Source: Chiloscyllium plagiosum (Eukaryota). Taken from it: 64,000 nt of DNA. Of the stretch, positions 13,279 through 25,600 are shown piece by piece (position 1 is the stretch's first letter; each line of letters starts with the position of its first letter). The notes under the pieces were generated by a model, which had not been told where the DNA came from, did no database searches, and saw only the letters and a list, made by a program, of their open reading frames with translations. The stretch is taken from positions 6,628,811-6,692,810 of the forward strand of contig NC_057752.1 in the NCBI RefSeq assembly GCF_004010195.1, written 5' to 3'. The position numbers were made by a program, and so were the translations under genes.

Positions 13279-13765
13279 TAAAGTTGTTGGAGGGAATCCT
13301 GACAGACAGGATTTACATGTATTTGGAAAGATAAGAACTAATTAGGGATAGTCAGCATGACTTTGTGTGTGGGAAATCATGTCTCACAAACTTGATTGAG
13401 TTTTTTGAAGAAGTGACAAAGAGGATTGATGAGGGCAGAGCGGTGGACATGATCTATGTGGACTTCAGTAAGGCGTTCAACAAGGTTCCCCATGGGAGAC
13501 TGGTTCGCAAGGTTAGATCTCATGGAATACAGGGAGAACTCGCCATTTGGATACAGAACTGACTCAAAGGTAGAAGACAGAGGGTGGTGGTGGAGGGTTG
13601 CTGTTCATACTGGAAGCCTGTGACCAGTGGAGTGCCATAAGGATCGGTGCTGGGTCCACTACATTTCATCACTTATATTAATGATTTGGATGTGAACACA
13701 GGAGGTATAGTTAGTAAGTTTGCAGATGACACCAAAATTGGAGATGTAATGGACAGCAAAGAAGA

Positions 13766-14642
13766 TTAGGAGAAAGTGAGGACTGCAGATGCTGGAGATC
13801 AGAGCTTAAAAATGTGTTGCTGGAAAAGCGCAGCAGGTCAGGCAGCACCAAAGGAACAGGAGAATTGACGTTTCGGGCATAAGTCCTTCTTCAGGAATGA
13901 GGAGGGTGTGCCAAGCAGGCTAAGATAAAAGGTAGGGGGGAGGGGCGTTGGGAATACGATAGGTGGAAGGTGGTTAAGGTGAGGGTGATAGGCCGGAGAG
14001 GGGGTGGGGGCAGGAGCAGAGAGGTCGGGAAGATGATTGCAGGTCAAGAAGGCAGTGCGAAGTCTGAGGGTTGGGACTGAGAAATGGTGGGGGGGAGGGG
14101 AAATGAGAAAGCTGGAGAAATCTGCATTCATCCCTTGTGGTTGGAGGGTTCCTAGGCGGAAGATGAGGCGCTCTTCCTCCAGACGTCGTGTTGCCATGGT
14201 CTGGCGATGGAGGAGGCCAAGGACCTGCATGTCCTTGCAGAGTGGGAGGGGGAGTTAAAGTGTTCAGCCACGGGGCGGTTGGGTTGGTTGGTGCGGGTGT
14301 CCCAGAGGTGTTCTCTGAAACGTTCTGCAAGTAGGCGGCCTATCTCCCCAACGTATAGGAGGCCACATCGGGTGCAGCGGATTCAGTAAATGATGTGTGT
14401 GGAGGTGCAGATGAATTTCTGACGCATATGGAAGGATTCCTTGAGGCCTTCGAGGGAAGTGAGGGGGGAGGTGTGGGCACAAGTTTTGCATTTCTTGCGG
14501 TTGCAGGGGAAGGTGCCGGGAGTGGAGGTTGGGTTGGTGAGGGGTGTGGATCTGATGAGGGAGTCGCGGAGGGAGTGGTCTTTCCGGAACGCTGATAGGG
14601 GTGGGGAGGGAAATATATCCTTGGTGGTGGGGTCTGTTTGGA
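13766..14642 (-). mobile_element. PLE 3' fragment (GIY-YIG + pLTR with hammerhead motif at 13862-13899)
   Basis: Minus ORF QVLGLLHRQTMATRRLEEERLIFRLGTLQPQGMNADF; reverse strand CTGAAGA-aGGAC-ttat-GCCC-GAAA-cGTC. Confidence 0.9.
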
Positions 14643-15176
14643 TAGGTTAGGCCACTGTTGGAATATTGGTCTTCCTGTCGGAAGAATGTTCTGAAACTTG
14701 AAAGAGTTCAGAAAAGATTTACAAGAATGTTGCCAAGATTGGAGGGTTTGAGCTCTAGGGAAATGCTGGGGCTGTTTTCCCTGGAGTGTCGGAGGCTGAG
14801 GGGTGACCTTATAGAGGTTTACAAAATTATGAGGGGCATGGATAGGATAAATAGACAAAGTCTTTTTCCCTGGGGTGGGGAGTCCAGAACTAGAGGGTAT
14901 AGGTTTAGGGTGAGAGGGGAAAGATATAAAAGAGACCTATGGGGCAACTTTGTCACACACAGGGTGGTGTGTGTATGGAATGAGCTGCCAGAGGATGGTG
15001 GTGGAGGCTAGTCCACTTGCAACATTTAAAAGGCATCTGGATGGGTATATGAATCGGAAGGGTTTGGAGGGATATGGGCCAAGTGCTGGTAAATACGACT
15101 AGATTGGGTTGGGATATCTGGTCGGCATGGAAGAGTTGGACCGAAGGGTCTGTTTCCATGCTGTACAGCTCTATGA

Positions 15177-15370
15177 CCAACCAGGTGATACCTTCTGCCT
15201 GTTTTCACCTATCCCGACTTCACCACTTTGCCCCTGCTATCCCCTTTATCTGCAACTCCCCTATCTCCCATCCCCAGCCCTGAAGAAGGGTTCCACCCGG
15301 AATGTTGACTTTCCTACCTCCTGATGCTCCCTGGCTTATGTTCTTCCAGTCTCCTGGCTGTCTACTCGTC
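15177..15370 (+). mobile_element. Right half of the PLE fragment begun at 5917 (decayed hammerhead at 15280)
   Basis: Joining cctcccattga (ends 6177) to ccaaccagg (from 15177) recreates cctcctattgaccaacc, which is uninterrupted in the sister copy near 63450 (minus strand). Confidence 0.8.
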
Positions 15371-15764
15371 TTGGATTAGAACTGCCATTGCTCATTAATT
15401 GACTTGCCTGTGATGAATGGTGGCAAGAAATGCACTGATGAAACTGTAGCCTTGCATGATTTGGCGACTTCCAAAAATGGAGGGGGAATGGTAAGAATGG
15501 AGGAAATTTCATTGAACATCGATTCAGTAAAATGTGAACTTTTGAGAAAGTACTTTGGGACGGAGGTGGGACTTTGCTGGCAATTATTGGAACTATGTAG
15601 AAAAAATGCCCATGTGTATAATTGGGGAAATTTCTTGGTATACCTTCAGGGCTCCCCCAAGTTCACTGGTTTATATTTTAGTCTCTGCATTGTAGAAAAC
15701 ACGTATTTTCTTTTGTTGAAATAACAACCTCAAAATTGGGGAACAACTTGTATACTTAGAGTTT

Positions 15765-16705
15765 TAAGAGTCATGCAGGACAAGTTGGTCCAAGTTGCCC
15801 CACACTAAACTAGTCCCATTTGATTGCGTTTGGCCCATATCCTTTCCTATTCATGTACTTATCCAAATGTCTTTTAAATGTCGTAACTGTAGTCGTATCT
15901 ACCACTTCCTCTGGCAGTTCATTGCACACACAACCACCCGCTGTGTGAAAATGTTGTCCTTCAGGTCCCTTTTAAATCTCTCTCCTTTCACCTTAAAAAT
16001 ATGCTCCCTAGTTTTGAAATCCTCCACCCTTTGGGCAAAGACACCTGGCGATCACCTTATCTATACCTCTCCTGATTTTATAAATCTTTACAAGGGTCAC
16101 CCTTCATCCTCCTACGCTCCAGTGAAAAAAGTCTCAGCCTATCCAGCTCAAACTCTCCAGTCATGGCAACATCCTGGTAAATCTTTTCTGAACCCTCTCC
16201 AATTTAATATAGCATGGCAGCCAGAACTGGACACAGTACTCCAGAAGAGGCCTCACCAACATCCTGTACAACATGATGGCCCAACTCCTGTACTCAATGG
16301 TCTGAGCAATGAAGGTAAGCATGTTAAATGCTGCCTTAACTACCTTGTCTACCTGTGATGTAACTTTCAGAGAACTATGTATCTGAACCCCTGGATCTCT
16401 GTTTGACAATACTACCCAGGGTCCTACCATTAATTGTATAAGACCTGCCCTTGTTTGTTTTACCAAAATGCAATACCTTGCATTTATCCAAATTAAATTC
16501 CATCTGTCACTTCTCAGCCCACTGGCCCAATTGATCAAGATCCTTTTGTAATCTTAGATAACCTTCACTGTCGACTATACCACCAATTTTGGTGTCATCT
16601 GCAAACTTAGTAACCATGCCCCCTAAATTTTCATCCAAATCATTTATGTAAATGACAAATAAAAGTAAACCCAGCATCGTTGTGGAACACTGTTGGTCCC
16701 AGGCC
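15765..16705 (-). mobile_element. 5'-truncated CR1 RT fragment
   Basis: Minus ORFs [27 protein letters not shown] and LVRPLLEYCVQFW. Confidence 0.9.
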
Positions 16706-16839
16706 TGCTTGCACTGAAACATATTCAACCATCTTAAAACTGCATTGGAGCAACTTGATCCTGTCTAACTTTGCTTATATTGGTCCAGTTACAGTGAAAT
16801 TGCAGTGATTTAAGTTCAAAGAATCTGAAAATCCAGTTA

Positions 16840-18300
16840 TGAAGCTGTCAACCATTCCTGCTGGTAGAATAGGAAATCCAGTCAAAGGATGCCTATGATG
16901 AGCTGAAGTTCTGCACTGATAACTCTGGATTAGCCAAATTCCTGGATGTTTGTCAAATGATGCGACAAACTTAATTGCATTGGAGTTGCTATGCTTGTTG
17001 CTATAAAATCACAGGCAAGCCATCATTCAATATAGAAGTGTCTCTGTGAAAAGGTGTTCAAACCTTGCAAGTATAACTAAATCTGTGAGAAAAGTTAAAA
17101 GTACTGTTGGTTGGAAACCAAGTGAATTGGAGGCAAGGCCTCTTGAGTACGCTTGCAGTGATGGATGGCTGGACTGATTTCAAGACCAGGAATGTCCTTG
17201 TCTACCATGTTATGAGAGTATGGCAGTTCCAGCAACAATAACAGATTTGAATGCAAAATGGTCTCACCCATCTCCTGAATGAGTATGTACCAAGAGATGT
17301 TTGTATTAGAGATTAAACGGGCTGTTACTGTCTTTTACCAGGTTGAAAGTTGGTGTTTCGGTGGGAAGTGAAGCAAGGACTGCATCACTGCTATGGTCTG
17401 CACCAACATGGATGGTACTAAAAAGCTGCTGCTGCTTGTGATAGGAAAGCCCAAGAAGCTACATTGCTTTATGAATGTCAAGATACTAACAAAGCTGCTT
17501 AGATGACCTGGTGTTGAGTGATTTTTAACTTTATCCATCCCAGTCCAACACGAGCACTTCCAGCATTTTTGTGTGGATCACTAAAGTGAACAGAATATAT
17601 GAATAGAAGAAAATGAACACTACTTATCATTTATGGGCAACAACCCTGCCCACCCTGACATCACTGGCCTCTAGCATAAAGCTAACCATCTTGCCTCCAA
17701 ACATCACAGCCAAGTTCCTGCCAGTGGATCGGAGAGTAATTAGGAATCTTAAAAACCAACAACCGATGGCAGCTGATCTCTTAGGTTATTGAGGCCACAA
17801 TAAGCAGGAGAACAACCCAACTGCTGTAGAGGCCATGCTCATGATGAAGGTGTGAAAGAAAGTGATGGAAGCCACTGATGTCAACTACTTCCACTATGCT
17901 GGGTTCAACCTGGCTACAATCATGCAAGATGCTGTGAATGCATTGGACAGAGTTAGGCTATCTAGTCCAATGACTAGACTCTTCTCATTTGTGGGAGGCT
18001 GGCATAATAATTCTAGTGGGGACAACCATAGAAATATATGCCAAGGTGCACGACATTGTATGCAATGGAACTCTCATCAGGCAATCATAGATTTAGTATA
18101 TTCTTCAACTAAGGAGGCCAGTGACCCCGAGGAGTCCACATTCTCTCCTACCTGTATCCCAGCTGAAGCCGTAAAGGCTGTAGGGACGTTCTGAGATTTT
18201 GCATTGCAACACAAAAACACAGAAAGCACACTTAGCTGAAAAAGATTACTAAGTTTCTCCAGAACCTACTCCCAACATTTTTTCAGAAGCTTCTACTGTA
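16840..18300 (+). mobile_element. Decayed pogo/Tigger (CENP-B HTH + DDE_1) DNA transposon
   Basis: Hand translation gives SDGWLD*FKTRN (about 17157), [40 protein letters not shown] (17360-17482), MGNNPAHPD (about 17633) and LPPNITAKFLPVDRRVIRNLK (17691-17753). Ends are approximate; TIRs not resolved. Confidence 0.8.
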
Positions 18301-19514
18301 CAGGGTCAGACCAGTAAAGGTGGAAAGAAATTGGAAAAATAGACACGTTTCATACATTTGCTATGGTGCTGTGTTTTCTTGATTTTAACAATGCATTTGT
18401 AAGCAAATCAAGTTACATAGGGGTTTCCTCAGTTAACTCCAAGCCACTCTTAACATGAATCTGTGGACGGGCCCTTATGATTTGACTTGAGTTTACTGTG
18501 TTCTCCCAGCTGCAAGGCATTACATACAGTACCTTTTGTGGCATATGCCCTTCATTTATATTAACTATAATTAGTTCTGCATTCTGGAGACTTGTCACCT
18601 GGTGCATCATTCATGGTTTTCATTTGTAAGTTATCTATCTGACTATATCTATGGAAAAGGTAATACATGTATGACTGTAAGATGAGAACAAAACTACATT
18701 TAAAAAAAAAAGTATTTTCTGACTGAAATTTGTACCACCCACAAAAGGGGTCTTGAGGTCTGAGCTGATTTGGACTGGACAAGTCTGAAATAATGTCTGC
18801 TTCAGCAGCTTTCTGCAGACAGTGCCTCTTGTGCTCTGGACTCCATTTTGTGAACAAAGTACAAAGCAAGCTAATCTGAGTACGGCTTATCCAAGGTTTC
18901 AAGATTGAAAAAAAGTGATAAATTGGGGAAAAAAATTGTCTTGAAGTAAGTATGGGGGGGGGGGAAATAATATTGCAATTAAATGCCATAGTTGACATGA
19001 ACATACTCAGTAGTTTTATTGCTTAGCAAGCTATCAGGTACCTAGCCATGCAGTGTTTACCCTGTGATTTATTTTACTCTGTTGTCAATGAAAGAAATCA
19101 AAGATAATCTAAATTTAAACAGAATGGGCACCATCCTGGTACTTTTAATGAATTTTACCAAGCTATGTTGTGCATCTGTCATCCTTAATGTGGCATGTGT
19201 CCGGTCATAATTTCCCTATCAAGGAAATGCTAAACAAAGGACACAGTTCCAGTGATCAAGGGAAAATTGAAGGGTGAATTCTGACCCTGTACTGGCATTA
19301 ATGAGAGTTTGGTAGAAGTTACAATCTTAAGTGGCTTAGTGGGAGAAGTGGGTTCTAGTTTGTGGAGCACCTATGGAGTAAGTGGGATCTGTACCACTTG
19401 GGTGGTTTATTCCTGGACCATGTTGACGCCAGTGTTCTTGTGACCTGCACAACTAGGGAGTAAGGCAGAGTTTTAAACGAAATAGTGGGGACAAGGGATC
19501 AAATTTGGTGAGAT

Positions 19515-19830
19515 CATAGAATGCCTGCAATGTGGAAATAGGCCATTTGGCCCAACAAGTCCGCACCAACCCTTCGAAGAGTATCCCACCCAGACCCATT
19601 CCCCTATCGTATTACACTACATTTCCCCTGAATAATGCACCTAGCCTACACATCCCTAAACACTATGGGTAATTTTAGCATGGCCAAGTTACCTAACCTT
19701 TGGACTGTGGGAGGAAACCCACGCAGATATGGGGAGAATTTGCAAACTCCACACAGGTAGTGACCCAAGGCTGGAATTGAACCCGGGTCACTGGCGCTTT
19801 GAGGGAGCAGTGCTGACCATTGAGCTAATG
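19515..19830 (-). mobile_element. HE1-type SINE (older copy)
   Basis: gcaaactccacacag..ggaattgaacccgggtcactggcgct, same layout as the other copies. Confidence 0.85.
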
Positions 19831-20741
19831 TGGTAGATCAAAGAGTAGAGATGAAGATGGAGAAGTAGGTACTAATATGGGAAATTATAAACAGACCAGG
19901 TATGGAAGGGAGAGAAAATATGAGTGAATTGGATAAAATTAAAGATTACTAAAAAAAAAGGACAAAACTTTAGGCTTTTTAAATGGATGCACAAAGCATT
20001 CAAAACAAAGCAGATGAACTGATTTCCAAATTGAGAGGAAGAAAGATCTAATAACCATTACAGATGCATGTCTGCAGGATAACATTGATTAGACCTGAAT
20101 TTTGAAGGTTATGTGACATTTAGGAAGACCAGAAAGTTAGGAAAAGGGTGGCTTTGTTGAAAAAAGGTGATATTCAAGCAGTAAAGAGGGATGACCCAGA
20201 GTTTGGGGAGCCAGAATATAGAACAAGTTTGGCTAGAGTTGTGAATGATAAAGGCAAGAATTTGCTTGTGGCAGTGGTGGACAAGCCACCCAACGTAAGA
20301 TAAGCTATCAATGACTTGGATGAACCACTGAAGGTATGGTTGTTTATTTTGCTGATATCACAAAGTTAGGAAGATATGTCAGTTGTGAAGAACCCATGCG
20401 GCTACAGAAGAATTTAGGTTGAGTGGCAAAGCTGGCAAATGGAGTGTAACCTGGGAAAGTGGGAAAAAGTCATTTCACAAGAAGAATAAAAAAGCAAATT
20501 ATGTAAATGGTGAGAGATTGTAGAGCACTGAGATGCAGAGGGAACTGGGTGTCCAGTGCTTAATGCTAAAAGGTTAGTATGAAGGTACAGCAAGTAATTA
20601 AGAAAGCAAGTAGAATGCTATAATTTATTGTGATGGAATTGAATGCAAAAGTAGTTGTACAGGGCATTGGTGAAATCACGTATGGAGTTCTATGCATATA
20701 ATTGGTCCCTTTATTTAAGGAAGGGTGCAGATGTATTCAGG

Positions 20742-20925
20742 ACTAAGACAAACACTATGCTGGAGAAACTCAGCAGGTCTGCAACCATCTGTCAAGAGAG
20801 AAAGCGTTAACATTCCAAGTCTGGTATGATTCTTCAGAGGTTTTGATACTGCCAGACCTGCTGAGGTTTTCTAGCCTTCTGTGTTTCAGGTTTCCTGCAC
20901 CCACTGTATTTTACCTTTTTTTATT
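20742..20925. mobile_element. Mini inverted-repeat PLE derivative
   Basis: gctggagaaactcagcaggtctg is inverted relative to cagacctgctgaggttttctagc, followed by a PLE-like tail. Confidence 0.55.
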
Positions 20926-22338
20926 TTTACAAGATTAATATTTGGAATAGGCAGGTTACTTTATGAGGGAAGGTGGATAGACTAGGCTTGTGTCTGCCGG
21001 AGTTTAGAAGACTATGGAGTGACTTGTTTAATGTGTACAAGATCCCAAAGCATCATGACAATGGAGAAGCCAGTGCTGCAAAGGGATGGATGGGTTGAGA
21101 AGCTAGTGGCTACAGACGGGTGATGGAGGAAGGTGGTCAGTAAAGGAGTAGCGAGCTAACTGGGAGCCCAGAATAAATTAAGTTGCTTGTAACTTAATAT
21201 GCTATTTATGAGGTATATATTAGGATGTGGAGAGGATGTTTCATTCTTCTCGTGGGATAGTTGGTAACTGCAGGTCATTGCTTAAAAATAAGGGATTGCC
21301 TATTTCAGGTCACAGCAAGTGAATTCTTTTCTGAGGGTTGAGTCTTTGGAATTCTGTACCTCCAAGGTGGTGGAGATAAAATCTTTTGAAGATTTTAAGG
21401 GCAAGTTAGGTTGATTCTTGATAAGCATAGATCAGGGTAGGCAGGAATGTGGAGTTGAAGTTAAAATTAGACCTGCTCTGATTTTATTGAATACTTCTAT
21501 GATTGCCAATATTTTGAAACACACACTACTTCTAACTTTTTAGCCAGTGAGAATAATTTTTTATTTTGCGAACAGGGATGACTTCTCCATCTATTAACAC
21601 AAAAAAATTAGTGTCTGTGAATTCATCGTATTCCAATGAGCATGAAAGGGCTAGATCAAGGTGGCAGGGGTGTCAAAGCTGGATTTAATTTCTCTGTTAC
21701 ATTCCGTCCAGACCAAGAATTCAATCGGACCAAAGTGAAGATGAAGAGAGTTAGCAGGTCAGAATTTGGTCTGTGGATTCTGTTCTATTTTTTGGAATTA
21801 GCTGCTGGAATGAATGGTTTTTCCACCCTTGAATCTGGAGCCTTATGAAATTAGTTCCCTTGAAACAAGTGTCTTACTGGAGATCTGAAAGTTTTCTTTT
21901 ATCCCGTTTTGAGTTGTGTTATGCTACTAAATTTCAGCACCCTGCAAACATGCAGATTTCTATGCTGTTGAGTCATATGTGATAGAAGAGAAGTGAGAAT
22001 TTATTCGGGATTTTAGTTGGGAACCTCTGCATGACAGCATTTCTGGTAGTACAGATTCCATTCTATGCTGCAACTCTGATTGTGAGTGTATAATCAACTA
22101 AACTGCTATGTTATGAAATAGTTGATGGTATTAAAATTCCTTTGTTCTCAACTTTCTTCAAGTGTAATTGTAGTATGCTTGTGTTTGCACTTCTACTTTT
22201 ACTAAGTAAATTACTTTGAATATGAGCAAAACCTATTTTTGTATTTGTGAGGGCCATATCTTGTTACTTTTTGTTTTTAAAAACTGGACTGAAATGAGAG
22301 AGACCGGTTTGACCTGTCGATTCATGCTCTCGTTTTAC

Positions 22339-22370
<32 letters not shown>

Positions 22371-22691
22371 GAGTGGGTTTATGAGCTTTAATTAGTATGA
22401 TGTGCCAACGATTTCTAACTGTTTACCTGTAGCTGGAGTCTAATTGCTTGTTTTTTTAAAATGAAGATTTTTGTTCAGTCGTGAAACTTGATCTGTGCAT
22501 TCTATCAACCTGGGTCTGAAAGTCAGGTAAATTAGGGAAATTTTGTGTACTTCATTGAATTTTTGACTTTTGTGATGACTGCAGGAGTAGTGGAGCTCAA
22601 TTTTCCCGAGCGCTACCACAATGAGTCATAACAATTTTAAAAAAAAACGTTCCTTTGTCCCTTGGCATGGATTGTACTGTTTACAGACCTT

Positions 22692-25600
22692 GAGCAGAAT
22701 CTTCCCAGCCCCTGAAAGGCATGGACATTGGCAGTTCACTTTGGAAAGTAGGGAGAAATCGGCAGAAATGAGATTCTCAACATTGAAGGATCAGGCTTTT
22801 TCTACTCTATCAAGTGTTGAATGGCGAGATGAGAATCTCACTAGTGAGTGGTGAGAGGCCTATTTGCAACTATTTGAATGCATTAGCATGGTATTATTAC
22901 ACAATCTTGCTTCATTGATGTGCAATTTCCATTCTTCCACCTGCCAGATAGAAAGTAACAGACGACAGTTCTTGACATGTAAGTCAGAGTGGATACCTGG
23001 CAAATCCCACTTGCTGTTTGCTCCTCTGGTCTTTCATCTTGCCCTCAGTCCCCACAGACTCTGGCATCAGACACGTACTGGTTTCTCATGGCACATCTCT
23101 GAGTCACTTCCAATATAGTTCTGTGCCTTAATGCAGCCCTTTGGAACACGCTGATGTCTTTCATTGTAACAATGCTGTCAGGATACTTTGCATGCAGGTA
23201 TGAGTACCCATCTCGTGTATTCAATCTGGGTAGATCTTGGGGCTCTTGTTTTGCTTTCCTTGTGCTTGCTTTATGCCTACTCTATTGCTGAAACCATGCT
23301 TTGCTGTTTTTCCACTTTGCCCATTCAACCAGAACATAAAACTCAGTATCTCTGTCTTGCCTTGCTTTTGGTGCAGATACAAAGCTTTGCAGCTTGTCAG
23401 CAATGATCAAAGGAATGGGCATGTTGCTGTGTGGCACCATGTAATGATATTTTCACACCTACGCTGTGCTCCAGCAGGTTATGTGGCACAAACACTGCAT
23501 GTACATTCGCCAAATTGCCATATCTCAGGGGACTAGTACCCAGTCAGGCCAAGGAAGACAGCTTTCAGTCAGGAGGTCCCAGCATAGTAAGTCTAGGACA
23601 GCATTCACAATCAGCCCAGGGGCAGTCAGACTCCAGGGATCTGTAGGGAGTGGGCTATAATCACTCCTGCAGGTCCAGTGCAACCAGTCTGAATTATTGT
23701 GGTAAGTCAGTTGGGGAGCTGCACAAAGATCAGTCAGGGATGTGGTCACTCATCAGTCAGGGCTATTTTTCCATGTCAGTGAAGAGGAATGCCAGTCATG
23801 TGGACTTGTTCACTAAAAGTCAAGGAGGGTGGGGAGGGGGTTTATCAGGGGCCACTGCTGTGGTAGGGAAGCTGGAGAATGTGATTGTGGGGATTGGAGT
23901 TAGCAAGCTGGGATGCAGAGGGTATAATGATTGTGATGGCGAGGGAGGGAAGCTTGATGAATAGCTAGGGGAGATGATACGGCATGGGAGGGAAAGGGGT
24001 ACTGGGGGGAGGGGCACATCAATCAACAGCAGTGGCTTCAGTGGTCAGGGGGAACAATGCATGACCATGTGTGGCGTGTGATGGCATGGTATGTTTGAGG
24101 TAAATTGGTGAGATAGAGTTAAATAAGTGGGTGGGTGGGAGCATGGATAAGATCAAAGTCAATGGGATTGACAGGGAGGGCAAATAGGACAGATTAAGTG
24201 TTTCAGTCTGTAAGGGAGGGGGCTCCAATTTTTGTGCAATAATTCATCAATGGGCAATAGAATTAAACTGACAGCCACACAGCACAGGTGAAAGACATTC
24301 ACGATCACAAAATGTTGCATGCCAACCTTGCACATCGGCCTACTGTGTAGACTAAGCATCCTGGCCTCAAACCCAAATGGTCACATCATTCAACATTACA
24401 GATCAATTTTACTCATGTCTGTGATTCACAATCAATGATTTGCAACCTGGAAGGATTCAGCTTAGTTGCTGAAATGGCATTCACCTTCCAAGTCCCGTAG
24501 CCTGCACAAGATGCAAGAGCTTCTCACTTCCCACCTTGAACATGTGTGACACTAAGGATGGCTAGGCTCTACTCCTTCATTTTTGTAGTTGCAGCTAAAA
24601 TGACACTTTCTTACACAGCTGAGGAAAAAGAGTCAACATGTATTTGCAAATGTGAGAATATATTTACAATGAAGTGTCAACTGTGCCACCAATGTGCCCT
24701 TAGAAGGTTGTCATCTTCCTCTCCCTCCGTTTTGTTTCTGTGTGCAGTTCTGGGCTCCACAGCTGGGGTGTAAGCAGCCTGCTGTGGAGCTTGTTGCTCT
24801 GTGTTTTGGTCGGGCAACATGGGGCATTTGTGGTTAGAAGGCCCAGACATGCTGAGTGTGTCCTGTCCAGATGCAGGATTACCCTCCTCAACCTGAACTC
24901 CACAGGGCTAAGGGTGGCAGACAGTGAGGATGGAAGCTCCAGCCACTTCTGGAATATCTGGAGAGGAGACTTCTGGGGGTCTTTTGTGGTTCCTCCTCTA
25001 TCTGGGTGCCTCCTGGTACTGCCTTGCCTCCTTGCAAGCAAGGGGTACCTGAATGAAGTCAAGGCCCCTTGTCCCTTTGTTTCCTTGCCATTAGTGCTGA
25101 GCAAGTAGTTTTGTGCATTTTTCCAATAGACTGAGTATGTTGGATGTCACTCTCTCTCTATGGCATAGTATAAAATTAGTGGAGCCAATCAGCACCCTGC
25201 CTTTATTCCTGATGAAGGGCTTTTGCCCGCAACATCGATTTTCCTGCTCCTCGGATGCTGCCTGACCTGCTATGCTTTTCCAGCACCACTATAATCTAGA
25301 CTTTGAGTCTGTTTGTCAGTGCCTTTGACAAACCTGCTTGCTGCTCCTGTGTCTGCTTGAGTCCTATGGAGTTGTTAATTTCAGACACCATGGGGGTCTC
25401 CTCAACTGGGGCTGAGCAAGTGCATAGGCTTCAGCAGTCCTCTGAGCACCAGCGGCCTGGGGAGTTTTCTTTCCAAGGCAGTGACGTGCTCGCCAGCATG
25501 TGCTTTTGACTGTAACCTAGTTAAAATGCCCACTGAGGTGTCAGTATCTGGAGGGCAGAAGACAGCCTTGCCAGTGTGAGAGATCTGTGGGTTCATCCTC

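Larger units (their letters stand above)
6177..15176 (+). mobile_element. Near full-length CR1 LINE (5'UTR, ORF1 zinc finger-leucine zipper-esterase, ORF2 APE-RT, 3' tail) carrying three nested insertions
   Basis: ORF1 from 6799 reads MAFCRMICFFCQML..VCRK..LSDRMDQLERQFEAM. Esterase motif IGSNVRNDIGREKDEIL is split by the PLE. APE motifs YFNARGL, AITETWL, MVGDVNFPNI. RT motifs YVDFSKAFNKVPH and KFADDTK. Tail gaagggtctgtttccatgctgtacagctctatga. Many stops and frameshifts. Confidence 0.92.
19220..21490 (+). mobile_element. Highly decayed CR1 with internal deletions, containing a SINE and a mini-PLE
   Basis: Esterase-, APE- and RT-like remnants (gctatcaatgacttggatga, caaatggagtgtaacctgggaaag, gtttagaagactatggagtgacttg). 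Confidence 0.65.
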
